A stretch of 62,006 nucleotides of DNA from Candidatus Wolframiiraptor sinensis (GTDB lineage: Archaea; Thermoproteota; Nitrososphaeria_A; Caldarchaeales; Wolframiiraptoraceae). Location: assembly GCA_023261815.1 (NCBI GenBank), contig JALNKA010000004.1, positions 1-62,006 of the forward strand, read 5' to 3'. The notes under the pieces were generated by a model that worked only from the letters and a program-made list of their open reading frames with translations, was not told the DNA's origin and ran no database searches. Shown piece after piece: positions 48,799 through 59,453 of the stretch. A program made the position numbers and the translations under genes. The first letter of the stretch is position 1, and every line of letters starts with the position of its first letter.

Positions 48799-49719
48799 GT
48801 GAAGCCCGTAAGAGACATCCGGCTAGCTCCGGGGATGAAGGTTTCCGAGCTTATCGAGCAGCTTCACGAGGCGGGGGGATTCTCCGCCAAGTATCTCGGG
48901 GTCGCCGCCAAAATACTCAGAGAAATGATCGGGGATGAGGGATGCGTTAGGTTCCTGTCCTTTGTCGGCGCGCCCGTCGCGACGGGGCTCAGGGGGGTGA
49001 TCGTTGAAGCTATTAGGCGCGGCATGTTCAACGCCGTAATCACGACATGCGGAGCGCTGGACCACGATATAGCGAGATCAATCGCGCAATACTATGATGG
49101 AGATTTCTGGATGGATGATGAGGAGCTGAGGGCGAGGGGCATTCACAGGCTTGGAAGCATCCTCATACCGCTCGACTCCTATGGCCCGGCGATAGAGCGC
49201 TTCATGCAGGAAGTTCTCGAGGAGGCCTACTCGGAAGGCGCGAGGGAGCTTGGAAGCTACGAGGTCTGCGAGCTGATTGGCAGAAAGCTCCAGGATGAGG
49301 GGAGCATACTCTATTGGGCGCATAGGAGGGGCGTCAAGGTCTTCGTCCCCGGGATAATGGATGGGGCCGTGGGAACCCAGCTCTGGATATTCCAGCAGAG
49401 GCGCAGGGACTTCAGGCTGAACCTCTTCAGGGATGCGGATGAGCTCGCGGGCCTGATCTTTAAGGCCGAGAGAACGGGCGCGCTGATGATTGGGGGCGGG
49501 ATCTCGAAGCATCATACCCTCTGGTGGAACCAGTTCAAGGAGGGCCTCGATTACGCGATCTACCTGACCACCGCTTGCGAGTATGATGGTAGCTTGAGCG
49601 GCGCCCGGATACACGAAGCGATCTCATGGATGAAGGTTAAGGCTGGCGCTAGGAAGGTCACGGTTTACGGCGATGCCACGATAACCCTGCCGCTCATAAT
49701 AGCCGCGGTCATCGAGTAG
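48799..49719 (+). CDS. dys: Deoxyhypusine synthase
   Basis: GGG.SKHH, DGSLSGA...EA.SW.K, DATI.LP. Confidence 0.93.
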   Translation: MKPVRDIRLAPGMKVSELIEQLHEAGGFSAKYLGVAAKILREMIGDEGCVRFLSFVGAPVATGLRGVIVEAIRRGMFNAVITTCGALDHDIARSIAQYYDGDFWMDDEELRARGIHRLGSILIPLDSYGPAIERFMQEVLEEAYSEGARELGSYEVCELIGRKLQDEGSILYWAHRRGVKVFVPGIMDGAVGTQLWIFQQRRRDFRLNLFRDADELAGLIFKAERTGALMIGGGISKHHTLWWNQFKEGLDYAIYLTTACEYDGSLSGARIHEAISWMKVKAGARKVTVYGDATITLPLIIAAVIE

Positions 49720-49722
49720 CCT

Positions 49723-50157
49723 TCATCTACTCATCTCGCGGCTCTCAACCAAATCAGCCTTCATAAGCCTCAGGTGCAGTATACCATTCACGTAGGAGCT
49801 CTCGATGAGCTTGACCCTGCACGGTAGCTTGATCTTTCTCCTAAAGCCTCCTCCGCCCCTGAGAAGCACCCTATCTCCCGAGACCTCGAATGAGACCTCG
49901 CTCTCGGGGCCTGGGACCTCGGCGGTGACGCTTATCAAGCCATCCTCCTCATTGACCTCGACCGGGTATCCTTTTAAGTGCTTCGAGCTCTCCAGCGCCC
50001 TCCTAATCTCCCTGAACCAGTAGATTCCCAGGATTATCAGTATTCCCGTGAGGATTAGGCCTAGGAGTCCCTTCTGGAGCCTTGCGAGTATCGCTAGCCC
50101 CATTAGACCGAGGAGGATGAGCAGCACCACGAGTGAGAGGCCGCTCCTAACCGACAA
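49723..50157 (-). CDS. Membrane-anchored Hsp20/alpha-crystallin-domain protein
   Basis: Two N-terminal TM helices; AEVPG...Y.NG.L C-terminal motif. Confidence 0.7.
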   Translation of the reverse strand: MSVRSGLSLVVLLILLGLMGLAILARLQKGLLGLILTGILIILGIYWFREIRRALESSKHLKGYPVEVNEEDGLISVTAEVPGPESEVSFEVSGDRVLLRGGGGFRRKIKLPCRVKLIESSYVNGILHLRLMKADLVESREMSR

Positions 50158-50196
50158 GGCTCAGCATCCCATCCATGATCATGTGCACCACGGCTT

Positions 50197-50769
50197 AAAT
50201 ATTTAAACTCCTAGGAAACCCTCCCCATCATCCACCTTGCTGAAGAACGTGTTCTCAGCAAGCCTAACTCACATATAGTTCAGGCGACTTTGATATTTTT
50301 AAACTTGGAAAGGGAAAAGGGGTGGTGTCGGGGGGAAGGGACATTTGGACGGCCCTTCACCCGCATCAGGCCATGGACCACTCCTCTACGGGAGCATCAA
50401 ACCTATTATCACAGGTCTCATCAGGGCTTTTATCCTGCCCCTCGCCCTCCTAATGGCCTCATCGTAGAGCCAAAAAACATTCCTCTCCTAGCCAGCATAA
50501 GAGGCGTCAAGGGCAGGGGAAGCATTGTTGTATTATGTTTATCCGCCCGCGATATCCGGTATATACAGGATAATAGTCAAGCCGAGAAGCGATCTGAAGA
50601 TAGAGTATCCCTGTGAGGTTAGGATGGAGCAATAATCGTGATTGACAGGGAGAGGGTTTAAAGAGTGGTCGAGGGATGAGACTAAGCGATCTGATACTTT
50701 TACTGGTAGAGGCTCATGGAAGTGGCTGGGCGCGACCTACCTAGGAGAATTTCATAGGAACTCCACAAA
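50197..50769 (-). mobile_element. Non-autonomous IS110-like element (about 570 bp) carrying the guide-RNA motif but no transposase
   Basis: Imperfect sub-terminal inverted repeats 50209-50224 and 50744-50759 (13/16); AAA at both junctions; RNA motif 50311-50443; guide-flank match at 50766-50775. Confidence 0.7.
50311..50443 (-). ncRNA. Putative bridge/seek-type dual-guide RNA (copy B)
   Basis: Conserved stems shared with 61437-61572 and 23773-23897; variable 11-nt slots TAATAGGTTTG and TCCATGGCCTG. Confidence 0.65.
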
Positions 50770-50770
50770 C

Positions 50771-53542
50771 CTATTTCCCGGCTATCGCGATGTAGTGTAG
50801 CTCCACCACGCCGTTCTCAGAGAATATTGAGCCCACGATCATCTTATTTTCCTCGCTCCAGACCAGCACCCTATCGAGGCTTCTCCCGAAAACCCACTTC
50901 TCCACGAAGCCTGTTACAAGCGCCCTCAGCTCCTCCTCGGAGCCCTCCTCGAAAACCCCTTCCTCGAAGACCAGATGCGAGCTCACCTCCTTCGGATAAG
51001 CAATCTTCACGCCGAGCTCCCGGAGCACGGATAGCGTAAGGTTGTGTATGTCCACCTCCCTCGGCACGGGCGCGTCCTCAAGCTCCCTAAGAAACGCATT
51101 GAAGGATTCTCGAAGGTTCGATCCAAGCCCAATATAGTATCTTCCAGTGAACTCGGCGCCTATAGTCGCTATGGTTCCGAGCTGGGCCACGACCCCGCCC
51201 GCGGGCGACGTGTAAACAGGGATCACGTAGACGAGCTGATCCCCGATGTAGTAGAGGAGCGTATCGCCCATCCTCGGATTCTCTAAGAGCGTTCTGAGCT
51301 TCCTGAACTCCGCGTGCCTCTCGAGGGCCTCCATGGCGGCTGATGGGCCGAGCAGCTTCGTCTCAGCCTCCACGGGAACCTTATAGAAGATTTTCTCGCC
51401 GAGATGCGGATAATCGTTCCTAACGATCATGAAGCCCGCGAGATTTCTTCCCAGAGAACCCTTCAGCTGGAGCGAGAGTATCCCGACGAACTCTGGCCTC
51501 TCGAACCCCGGATACCTGGCGATCACGAAGTATACCTCAACCCCCTCAGGGATCTCGTAAAACTCCCTCGCGTGTATGAATGTCGCCGGATCCTCTACGT
51601 GGTAGTAGTTGAACATCTCCACCTGATACCTGAAGACCTCGGCGGGAAACCTGGTCTGATTCCTCAGCCAATCCGGAACCTCGTCGATCAGTATGTCCTC
51701 GTATGCCGATCTTATCAACTCGCTAAAGAAGTCTCCGCCAGTAATGATCAGCCTCACATCGCCATGATAAATGTCGACCAGAGCATATCCGATGAACCTG
51801 ACGTAGCTACTTCCCTTACTCCAAGGCACATTGCTAGCCGGGATCTTGACTATCAGCGGCATGAGCCAGTAAGTGTTCTCACCATCCGTCACCGGGAACA
51901 TGTCAACGTATTCTCCATTCCACCTGTAGGTGAAGTATGGTAGGAGGAGGCCGAGCCTCTCGTAGATATCCCTGTACCTGAGCAGCTTGACTTCCTTATC
52001 GGGGTATGAGAGGAGGAAGGTGACGTCGTAGAGCCATGTGATCGGCGGGCCGACCACTATGCCCCCTCTACCGTTATATCTCGTCCCGGTTATCTCGTCA
52101 CTCTCCTCCTTCCCGAGTATTATGGCCGCCCAGGTTGTCTTGAGGAGTCCGCCCTCACCATAATAGACCCTCCGCTGCTTGAAGAAGGCGGAGCTATCGA
52201 CTACACTACCATTATTCGCGTCGAGGAGGAGGAAGCCGTTCGGGACATGCGTGTACACGAGGTGCTTATTATACCACACGTTCTCTAGCTGAACCCCCCT
52301 CGGTAGTATCGGCTTCATCGAGGCGCTCCAGTAAAGCCTATTCCCGAACCTGAGTATATCCGAATCCTCGAAGTCCACGTAGGGTATCAGCCCAATCTCC
52401 GGCTTGAGCTTTGTGAACGCTGCATCCCAGTCCCACAGCTTCACCAGCGATAAGTCATCATCATAGGACTTTACGAGGCTTATCCCGCCAGCCTGCCCCC
52501 TCGTGAAATTATAGTGGATTATCGTTATGTCCGAGATGTCCGCGAGATACCTGTTCACCTCTATCTCCTGCTTGATGTATGGGCCGAGCCACTCCACCTT
52601 CCTAGCATCCGCTATCCCATTCTGTATGGCGGCCACGGCTGCCACCATCAGCAGGATGAGCATGAGGGTTCCGAGCTTGATCTTGAAGGCATAGAGGAAT
52701 CCGGGCTTCCTCCTATCTAGGTATATGAAGAGCAGGAGTACCGCTGCGATGGCGAAGGCGCCGAGCACATACACCTTCGTGTTGTAGTCTATGTAGCTGG
52801 AGAAGAAGAGGTTGAAGCCTGTCCATGCTGCCGCGAGGGCTATTAGGGCCTCGACGACCTCGATGGGCGCTCGGAATACGCCGGTCCTGATGTACTCGAC
52901 CACCATCGTGGATAGCGCCTTAACTATGGCCGTTAAGCCGACGAGTATCATCAGCCTCAGGCCGAGGGCGGAGAGGATCGGCGGGGCCAGCAATATGAGA
53001 GCGGGGGCGGCCGAGATAACGCGGAGAGCTGGCGAGACATCGCCAGCCGAGACGGGCGCGAATGGTAAGACGAAAAGCTCCGGGATATTTCGTACTCCAA
53101 GATCCATTCCCTGAAGCGCGGCGGAGACCGCGAGCCCGAAGATGCTGTTGGCGAATATGAGGGCGCCGGCGAGGGTTTTCGTGACCTGCCATGCTAGAAA
53201 CCTGCTTAACGGTAGCCTGTAAGCCGAGAAGTCCAAGTCTTGGAGCTCTAGGTAGCCGGCCCTCCGATAAAACTTCAGGATGAGCGAGATCAGCCAGAGC
53301 GTGAACGACCTCCTGCTCCTAAAATCCACACGGAAGAATGCTATAGCCGATAGTATCAAGCCTCCGATGAGCGAGTAATAGAATGGCCTGACGAAGAGGT
53401 CCCCGAACTCCCAGAAGTTCAGGATCAACTGTACCATCTGGGATAACGTTACGAGGGCTATGATCATGGCGATCAAAACCAATAGGATTAAGCCTACGGG
53501 CCTCCCCCCCCTCGCGGAGCGATAATCATAGCGGAACACCAT
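50771..53542 (-). CDS. UPF0182 family membrane protein
   Basis: Multi-TM N-terminus; WYN.HLVYTH, RVYYGE, R.PA..F..Q...F..YH..DP..F. Confidence 0.85.
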   Translation of the reverse strand: MVFRYDYRSARGGRPVGLILLVLIAMIIALVTLSQMVQLILNFWEFGDLFVRPFYYSLIGGLILSAIAFFRVDFRSRRSFTLWLISLILKFYRRAGYLELQDLDFSAYRLPLSRFLAWQVTKTLAGALIFANSIFGLAVSAALQGMDLGVRNIPELFVLPFAPVSAGDVSPALRVISAAPALILLAPPILSALGLRLMILVGLTAIVKALSTMVVEYIRTGVFRAPIEVVEALIALAAAWTGFNLFFSSYIDYNTKVYVLGAFAIAAVLLLFIYLDRRKPGFLYAFKIKLGTLMLILLMVAAVAAIQNGIADARKVEWLGPYIKQEIEVNRYLADISDITIIHYNFTRGQAGGISLVKSYDDDLSLVKLWDWDAAFTKLKPEIGLIPYVDFEDSDILRFGNRLYWSASMKPILPRGVQLENVWYNKHLVYTHVPNGFLLLDANNGSVVDSSAFFKQRRVYYGEGGLLKTTWAAIILGKEESDEITGTRYNGRGGIVVGPPITWLYDVTFLLSYPDKEVKLLRYRDIYERLGLLLPYFTYRWNGEYVDMFPVTDGENTYWLMPLIVKIPASNVPWSKGSSYVRFIGYALVDIYHGDVRLIITGGDFFSELIRSAYEDILIDEVPDWLRNQTRFPAEVFRYQVEMFNYYHVEDPATFIHAREFYEIPEGVEVYFVIARYPGFERPEFVGILSLQLKGSLGRNLAGFMIVRNDYPHLGEKIFYKVPVEAETKLLGPSAAMEALERHAEFRKLRTLLENPRMGDTLLYYIGDQLVYVIPVYTSPAGGVVAQLGTIATIGAEFTGRYYIGLGSNLRESFNAFLRELEDAPVPREVDIHNLTLSVLRELGVKIAYPKEVSSHLVFEEGVFEEGSEEELRALVTGFVEKWVFGRSLDRVLVWSEENKMIVGSIFSENGVVELHYIAIAGK

Positions 53543-53740
53543 GCTCTTCCAGCCCTGTAGTTCCTAGATTCCATTATTTAACCACTTCTCCCCAGCTAAT
53601 AACAGATTTAGAAGAACAGGAAATTTAATATTACTAAGCGCTCAGCGCCATCGCGGGGATCTTTTCTACCGTGCAGAGTTTGAGGGCTATTACCTCGTCG
53701 TGAGGTATGATCGTGGTTGAGCAGGCTGTTAGGAGGAGGG

Positions 53741-54511
53741 TTAGCGTGCGGGAAGTGGCTCCGAGTCCTTCCAGAGGTTCTCGAAGTATATCTTGGCTAT
53801 TCTCGCCAGGCCCGCGTGGTCGGACCATATGGCGAGCGTGGGGCTCTTTCCCTCCTCCCCGAATATTATTATCGTCTCATTGGAGTCGGCTATGGCCCCT
53901 CCGCCGAAGAGCTGATCCCTGAGCTTAACCTCGGCGTATTCTCTCAGCCTCATTGCTAGAGCCCTACTGCAGTCGCCGGAGAGCATTATCTGGACCCTGC
54001 CATTCTTCGCTTTAAGGGCCGTGAGGGTTGGGAGTAGCATGGAGAAGATCTCCTTATTCATCCAAGGCGTGGCCAGCTGGAGCTCCATATCGCATCCCGC
54101 TAAAAGGGACTTGAGCTTGGAGAGTATGTTCAGCTCGCCCCTAAGTATCCATACATCATGCTTTTCCCTCGCGCCCAGGCCCCTGGAGATCGGGGATAGC
54201 TCGCTGAGAAGAAAGCTCTCAATTCTCCTGAGATCCCTCTCAACCCTCATCCTACTTATCTCCAGCGCCGTCGATATGCTCCTGGCATGATATCGCGCGG
54301 GCCTTCCACCCTCACTCCCGATCCACCCCTTCTCCTCCAAGCTCTCAAGGACTTCATAGACCTTCGAGTAAGGTATCTCGGCGATCTCGCTAACCTGATT
54401 GGCCGTCATCTCCCCATGCTGAAGGAGGACGAGATAAGCCCTCATCTCATACTCCGTTAAACCAAGCCTCTGAAACGCCTTCCTAAGCTTCTCTCCCACC
54501 TGAACCGGCAT
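53741..54511 (-). CDS. TrmB family transcriptional regulator
   Basis: LGLTEYE..AY..LL, IPYSKVYEVL.SL..KGW. Confidence 0.9.
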   Translation of the reverse strand: MPVQVGEKLRKAFQRLGLTEYEMRAYLVLLQHGEMTANQVSEIAEIPYSKVYEVLESLEEKGWIGSEGGRPARYHARSISTALEISRMRVERDLRRIESFLLSELSPISRGLGAREKHDVWILRGELNILSKLKSLLAGCDMELQLATPWMNKEIFSMLLPTLTALKAKNGRVQIMLSGDCSRALAMRLREYAEVKLRDQLFGGGAIADSNETIIIFGEEGKSPTLAIWSDHAGLARIAKIYFENLWKDSEPLPAR

Positions 54512-54613
54512 ATCCCAATTTTTAGATCAACAAATAGTATTCAAATGTTGTGAGCCCATGCAATGTAAGAAAATAATGGGATGCTAAAATGTGTTTGGAA
54601 AAAATGGGTGTGC

Positions 54614-56257
54614 TTACTCGAACTCGGAACTTGTCTCGGATTTCGACTCCTTCTCTTCTTTGCCTTCCTTCTTCTTGGAGGCGGCGATTACCTCGTCTAT
54701 TCTCAGGATCATCGCGGATGCTTCGAAAGCGCTCTTCAAAACCTGCTCCTTAACCTTCACGGGCTCTATGACGCCAGCTTTCACCATGTCTTGGACCTTG
54801 CCGGAGAACACCTCAACTCCATAGCTGTTTGAGCCGCGCTCATGCTTTGCTCTAAGATCAGTCAGTATCTCAACGGGCTCTAGGCCGGCGTTCTCGGCGA
54901 GCGTTCTAGGAATGGTCTCCAGAGCATCCGCGAAGGCCAGCATCGCCAGCTGCTCCTTTCCGGGATACTTCGGAGCCTCTCTCCTTATGGCCGCCGCCAG
55001 CGCCATCTCCACCGCCCCTCCACCCGGGACGTATTTCAGGTCCCTGATCAGGGAGATGAGGTTCATGATCGCGTCGTTTAGGGCTCTCTCGGCCTCATCG
55101 AGCTGCCTCTCAAGCCCAGCCCTCACCAGTATCGAGACGGCCTTCGGGTTCTTGCACTCCTGCACGAACACCATTTTGTCCTCTCCTATCTTCCTCTCCT
55201 CCACCAAGCCGGCCTCCCCGAGATCCTTCTCGGTCAGGTCGTCGAAGTTCGTGACGATCCTGGCGCCAGTTGCCCTCGCGAGCTTCTCCATATCCGAGGA
55301 CTTCACCCTCCTAACCGCGAGTATGCCGGCCTTTGCGAGGAAGTATTGAGCTATGTCATCTATGCCCTTCTGACAGAATACGACGTTCGCTCCGACGCGC
55401 GCCACCTTATCGACCATCTCCTTCAATATCCTCGTCTCCTCATCGAGGAACTGCTTCATCATCAGCGGATCCCTTATCCTTATCTCAGCGCTGAACTCGG
55501 TCTTCTCTATCTCGAATGGAGCATTTATCAGGGCTATCTTGGCGTTCGCGACGCGCTTCGGCATCGCAGGGTGCACGACCTCCTTGTCGATGATCACGCC
55601 TTTAACGAGCTCGCTCTCCAGAAGGCTTTTACCCATCTTCTTAATTATCTGGATATTATCCTTATCCGCGTAAAGCTTTCCATCCCTCTCCTCAACCACC
55701 TGCAGGACCGCCTCAATCGCGAGCTCGGCTATGCGATCCGTCGCGAATCCGAGGCTCTTGCTTCCCAGCGAAGTCTTCACGATCTTCGTCAACGTCTCCT
55801 TATCATCTAGCTTGACGGGCTTGGCTAGCTTCTGAAGCTCATTGAGGGCTATATCTAGGGCCCTCCTATAGCCGGTTATGATAATGCTCGGGTGAATCTT
55901 CTGCTCGACCATGTCCTCGGCCCTCTTCAGCAGCTCGCCGGTGAGCACGACCGCGCTCGTTGTGCCATCTCCGACGCTCGTATCCTGGGCTTTAGCAACC
56001 TCGATCAGCATCTTGGCCGCTGGGTGCTCAACATCCATCTTATCCAAGATTGTCGCGCCATCATTTGTTACGATGACATCCCCGATCGAGTCTACGAGGA
56101 TCTTATCCATCCCCTTCGGGCCGAGAGTACTCTTGACTATCTCGGCGATGATCTTCGCCGCGGCGATGTTATTCCGCATAGCAGCTCTGCCCCTAGTCCT
56201 ACTAGTACCCTCCTTCAGTATCAGGACAGGTTGACCGGCACCAACAACTCTAGACAT
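54614..56257 (-). CDS. ths: Thermosome (group II chaperonin) subunit
   Basis: [28 protein letters not shown]. Confidence 0.96.
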   Translation of the reverse strand: MSRVVGAGQPVLILKEGTSRTRGRAAMRNNIAAAKIIAEIVKSTLGPKGMDKILVDSIGDVIVTNDGATILDKMDVEHPAAKMLIEVAKAQDTSVGDGTTSAVVLTGELLKRAEDMVEQKIHPSIIITGYRRALDIALNELQKLAKPVKLDDKETLTKIVKTSLGSKSLGFATDRIAELAIEAVLQVVEERDGKLYADKDNIQIIKKMGKSLLESELVKGVIIDKEVVHPAMPKRVANAKIALINAPFEIEKTEFSAEIRIRDPLMMKQFLDEETRILKEMVDKVARVGANVVFCQKGIDDIAQYFLAKAGILAVRRVKSSDMEKLARATGARIVTNFDDLTEKDLGEAGLVEERKIGEDKMVFVQECKNPKAVSILVRAGLERQLDEAERALNDAIMNLISLIRDLKYVPGGGAVEMALAAAIRREAPKYPGKEQLAMLAFADALETIPRTLAENAGLEPVEILTDLRAKHERGSNSYGVEVFSGKVQDMVKAGVIEPVKVKEQVLKSAFEASAMILRIDEVIAASKKKEGKEEKESKSETSSEFE

Positions 56258-56431
56258 CTCATCACACCTCCTAAAACTGATAATCGCAGTCCGAGATGAG
56301 GGGGCTTCAAGCTGAATTTAAGGATTATTATGCGCCCCCTTATAAGCGGAGCAAGACGCATTATGGCCCTCGATAAGGCTTGATGAGCTTCCTAATCGGA
56401 CGCCACGCAGCAGATCACCCCTGAGGCAATG

Positions 56432-56671
56432 TTACTGGGTTGAGTAGTATCCTCTTAAGAGCGTTCTCGCCGCCCTATCGATATCCTCTCTCCTGACCGT
56501 TCTTCTACCCGCATATTGCGCTAGGCTTAGCGCCTCCTTTGCTATCGCTATTCCTATCTCCTCCAAGATTCTTCTAAGCTCCTCCGCTGCATCCTCGCTC
56601 GCTCTAGCAGCTCCAGCCTTCTTTATCAGCCTGTGAATAGGCGCTAGTGAAAGCTCCTTATCGCCCGCCAT
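56432..56671 (-). CDS. Archaeal histone (HMf-like)
   Basis: EL.LAP..RLIKKAGA.R.S..A...L......A..AGRRTV..EDI. Confidence 0.93.
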   Translation of the reverse strand: MAGDKELSLAPIHRLIKKAGAARASEDAAEELRRILEEIGIAIAKEALSLAQYAGRRTVRREDIDRAARTLLRGYYSTQ

Positions 56672-56851
56672 CTCAGCTCACTTTCAATGTTTAACTGCGC
56701 TCAGGTAAATTTAAAAAGTTTGCCCGAGGTGTGCAAGCCCCCATGAAAGTATTACCTCGAGCATTCGCGGTTGCTTATCGCGTGCTCATATTCGCCGCGC
56801 TCCGAGAGAATTTTTATAACGTAGGATTGCTGGAATCGGCTTGATAGAGTA

Positions 56852-57661
56852 ATGTGGAAGGAGAAGGTCGTCTGTCCCCACTGCGGCAGGGGAACACCCA
56901 AGGCCCAGTTTTGCAAGTTTTGTGGGAGGCCGCTCATGGAGGAGAAGCCGGAGGAAGAGATCGTATCCGAGATAGAATCACACGTGGAGAAGGTTAAGCA
57001 GGAGATCTCGGAGGAAGTTGAAAGGAAGCCCCACGAGATCTCGGAGGAGCGGAAGATCGTGGAGCAGCTCGCGAACTATCTCAACTGGAGGCATAGACTC
57101 ATCGACCTATTCCTCAATGGCGAGGCATCGGCCGAGATATTCATAGACCTTTACAGGGAGTATCAGGGGAAGATAAAGTCGATAAACTCGAGGAGGCTCG
57201 AGCTCATAAGCTCCCTCGAGCAGAAGCTGCACGAGCTGACTACGAGGCTTGAGCAGCTCAAGGTCAGGCACGAGATCGGAGAGATCTCCGATAAGCAGTA
57301 CATAACCGAGAAGCTCGCGATCGATAGGGAGATCTCGAAGATTAGGCCGAGGATTGATGTGCTGCGAAACTTCTTAGACACGAAGCTCAGCGAGATCCCG
57401 GCTTATGAGGAGCGGATCAAGAGCCTGAAGGATCGGATCTTGGAGAAGGGCGCCTCTCTCGGCTTGAGCGATGAGGATGTCGGCATGATCACCAGCGACC
57501 TCGATGAAACTCTCGATGCGCTAAAAGACCTCCTAAAGCAATACGAGAAGCTGAAAAAAGAGCTCGATAAGATAGAGCTGAGGTATAAGATCGGCGAATT
57601 GAGCGATGAGGAATATCAGGCGGCGAAGCAGAGGATAGAGAGGCAGATGCAGCTATCCTAG
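56852..57661 (+). CDS. Zinc-ribbon plus coiled-coil protein with CdvA-like/SHOCT-like repeats
   Basis: CPHCG...FCKFCG; two 'L..R..IGE.SD..Y' repeats. Confidence 0.65.
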   Translation: MWKEKVVCPHCGRGTPKAQFCKFCGRPLMEEKPEEEIVSEIESHVEKVKQEISEEVERKPHEISEERKIVEQLANYLNWRHRLIDLFLNGEASAEIFIDLYREYQGKIKSINSRRLELISSLEQKLHELTTRLEQLKVRHEIGEISDKQYITEKLAIDREISKIRPRIDVLRNFLDTKLSEIPAYEERIKSLKDRILEKGASLGLSDEDVGMITSDLDETLDALKDLLKQYEKLKKELDKIELRYKIGELSDEEYQAAKQRIERQMQLS

Positions 57662-57704
57662 CTGCCGGCAATCTTTATCCCGTCGTTCTCTCATGGGGTC
57701 TCCC

Positions 57705-58313
57705 ATGGTTAGGGTAGTGGTTGTCGCGGTCCCGGGAGCGGGCAAATCCACGATACTCAAGAAGCTCGTCGAGAAGATTCCTGGTCTGAGGATCGCGAAC
57801 TTCGGGGACTACATGTTCGAAGAGGCTAGGAAGATTCTCGGGATAACGGATAGGGATGAGATGAGGAGAAGGATTAAGCCCACGGATTACAAGGAGCTCC
57901 AGGAGAGAGCGGCTGAAGAGATCTCGAAGCTCAGTGGAGATCTGATAATAGACACCCACGCGGCGATAAAGACTCCTTATGGATATTATCCCGGAATGCC
58001 GTCCAAGGTTGTCGAGACCTTGAAGCCGGACGCGATCGTCGTCCTAGAGTTCAGGCCCGAGGATATACTTCAGAGGAGGATGAAGGATCTTCAAGCCGCT
58101 GAGGGCCAGAGGAGGATTAGGGAGGTCGAGGCGGCTGAGGAGGTCGAGGAGCATCAAATGATCGCTAGGGAGCTCGCCGCGGCCGCCGCGAATCATGTCT
58201 GTTGCTATTTCCTGCGACTAAAGTTCATGCACCCACAAAAATACCCATATCAGCATGCCGATGAGGCGGCGGAAGCCTTAGCAGATTTGATCAAAAAGTT
58301 GAAGGGCGAATAA
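57705..58313 (+). CDS. adkA: Archaeal adenylate kinase
   Basis: VPGAGKST, NFG..M, DRDEMR, DTH..I.TP.GY.PG.P. Confidence 0.92.
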   Translation: MVRVVVVAVPGAGKSTILKKLVEKIPGLRIANFGDYMFEEARKILGITDRDEMRRRIKPTDYKELQERAAEEISKLSGDLIIDTHAAIKTPYGYYPGMPSKVVETLKPDAIVVLEFRPEDILQRRMKDLQAAEGQRRIREVEAAEEVEEHQMIARELAAAAANHVCCYFLRLKFMHPQKYPYQHADEAAEALADLIKKLKGE

Positions 58314-58317
58314 CCTC

Positions 58318-58539
58318 CTACCTCCACCTTATCACGGTCAAGCCTACGTAAACTATCAACAATAGTATCCACGCTACGGCCAGTGCTATCGCCCACGTTG
58401 ATAAGCTCGATATCATGGCGTAGAGTATCGGCGTGCAGACCGCGAGCACCAGTAGAAGTATCGGGATTATCTGAGCTATCGATGCCCGCTTCATCGCATT
58501 CGGCTTTACACGAGCACGTCTTAAAAGTTTAGCTTTCAT
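58318..58539 (-). CDS. Small membrane protein
   Basis: 73 aa with two hydrophobic segments; overlaps the trmI stop. Confidence 0.5.
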   Translation of the reverse strand: MKAKLLRRARVKPNAMKRASIAQIIPILLLVLAVCTPILYAMISSLSTWAIALAVAWILLLIVYVGLTVIRWR

Positions 58540-59311
58540 TCTCCCTGTATGCCTTCCTCGCGGTAACTATGTACGCCGTGTGAGCATGCATTTGGTGCTC
58601 GGGCCGCGTCATCCCCCTCCGCACCCTAATCCTCCTCAATAGTATCTCGACGCATGATATGTCCGCGAAGCCCTCCTCCCTCAGCCTCTCGACGGTCTCA
58701 ACTATCTGCTCCATCGTCGGGCTTATCGAGATGAATGCGCCGCCATCCCTCAGCGCCTTCCTAGCATTCGAGACGGCGAGCCATGGAGTTGGTATATCCA
58801 GTATGACGGCGTCCACATCCTCCTCATCTATGGATTTCGTCAAGTCCCCATGCTTCAGCTCAACATACTCCCTCAAGCCGAGCCTCTCCAGATGCTTTGC
58901 CACGAGCTCCAGATGCTCCTGCTCGGTGTCATAGCTGTAGACTCGCCCGCTGGGCGCGACGTAGTAGGCGAGCATGGTCGTCAAGACGCCGGCTCCCGTC
59001 CCGCCCTCGACCACCCTGCTCCCGCACCTCACGCCGCTCATCAGGATTATGTATCCCAAGTCCTTCGGGTAAATTATCTGGGTTACCCTCGGGAAGTTCA
59101 GCACGTGGTCGAGAATCGTGGGCTTCGCCGCCACCCAAATGGATCCGGTGTTCGTCCTTATCCTCGACCCATAGCGCAGGCCGATGACATTCTCCAAGTC
59201 AACGTAGCCCTCGCTGCTATGAAATCTCCTGCCCCTCACAACTCTCAGCAAATACTTCTTTCCTTTCTGAGTTATGAATAGGACCTCGTCGCCCTCCCTT
59301 ATCGCGCTCAT
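58529..59311 (-). CDS. trmI: tRNA (adenine-N1)-methyltransferase TrmI
   Basis: TQIIYPKD, E.GTG.G.LT, LDIP.PW, SPT.EQ, RP....HT.Y. Confidence 0.93.
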   Translation of the reverse strand: MSAIREGDEVLFITQKGKKYLLRVVRGRRFHSSEGYVDLENVIGLRYGSRIRTNTGSIWVAAKPTILDHVLNFPRVTQIIYPKDLGYIILMSGVRCGSRVVEGGTGAGVLTTMLAYYVAPSGRVYSYDTEQEHLELVAKHLERLGLREYVELKHGDLTKSIDEEDVDAVILDIPTPWLAVSNARKALRDGGAFISISPTMEQIVETVERLREEGFADISCVEILLRRIRVRRGMTRPEHQMHAHTAYIVTARKAYRENES

Positions 59312-59453
59312 CCCGAGGCTAAGTCCCCGAGAACGAGGCTTAAACGCTTACTATTCCCCGGCACTATCGAGCCTCTTCCTTTTTTGGAAGGATGCTCCCA
59401 GCCCCATTCTCGGCTGATTCCGACATAATGCTTATAGAGCTTGCCCTCCCTTA

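Noticed and set aside
14531-55810. Many 60-200 aa ORFs antisense or out of frame to core genes (for example 14531-15681, 44272-45008, 54912-55810), and ORFs 50290-50616 and 61196-61657 over the repeats
   Set aside because: Shadow ORFs of GC-rich coding sequence or of the structured repeat; Ser/Pro/Arg-rich with no motifs.
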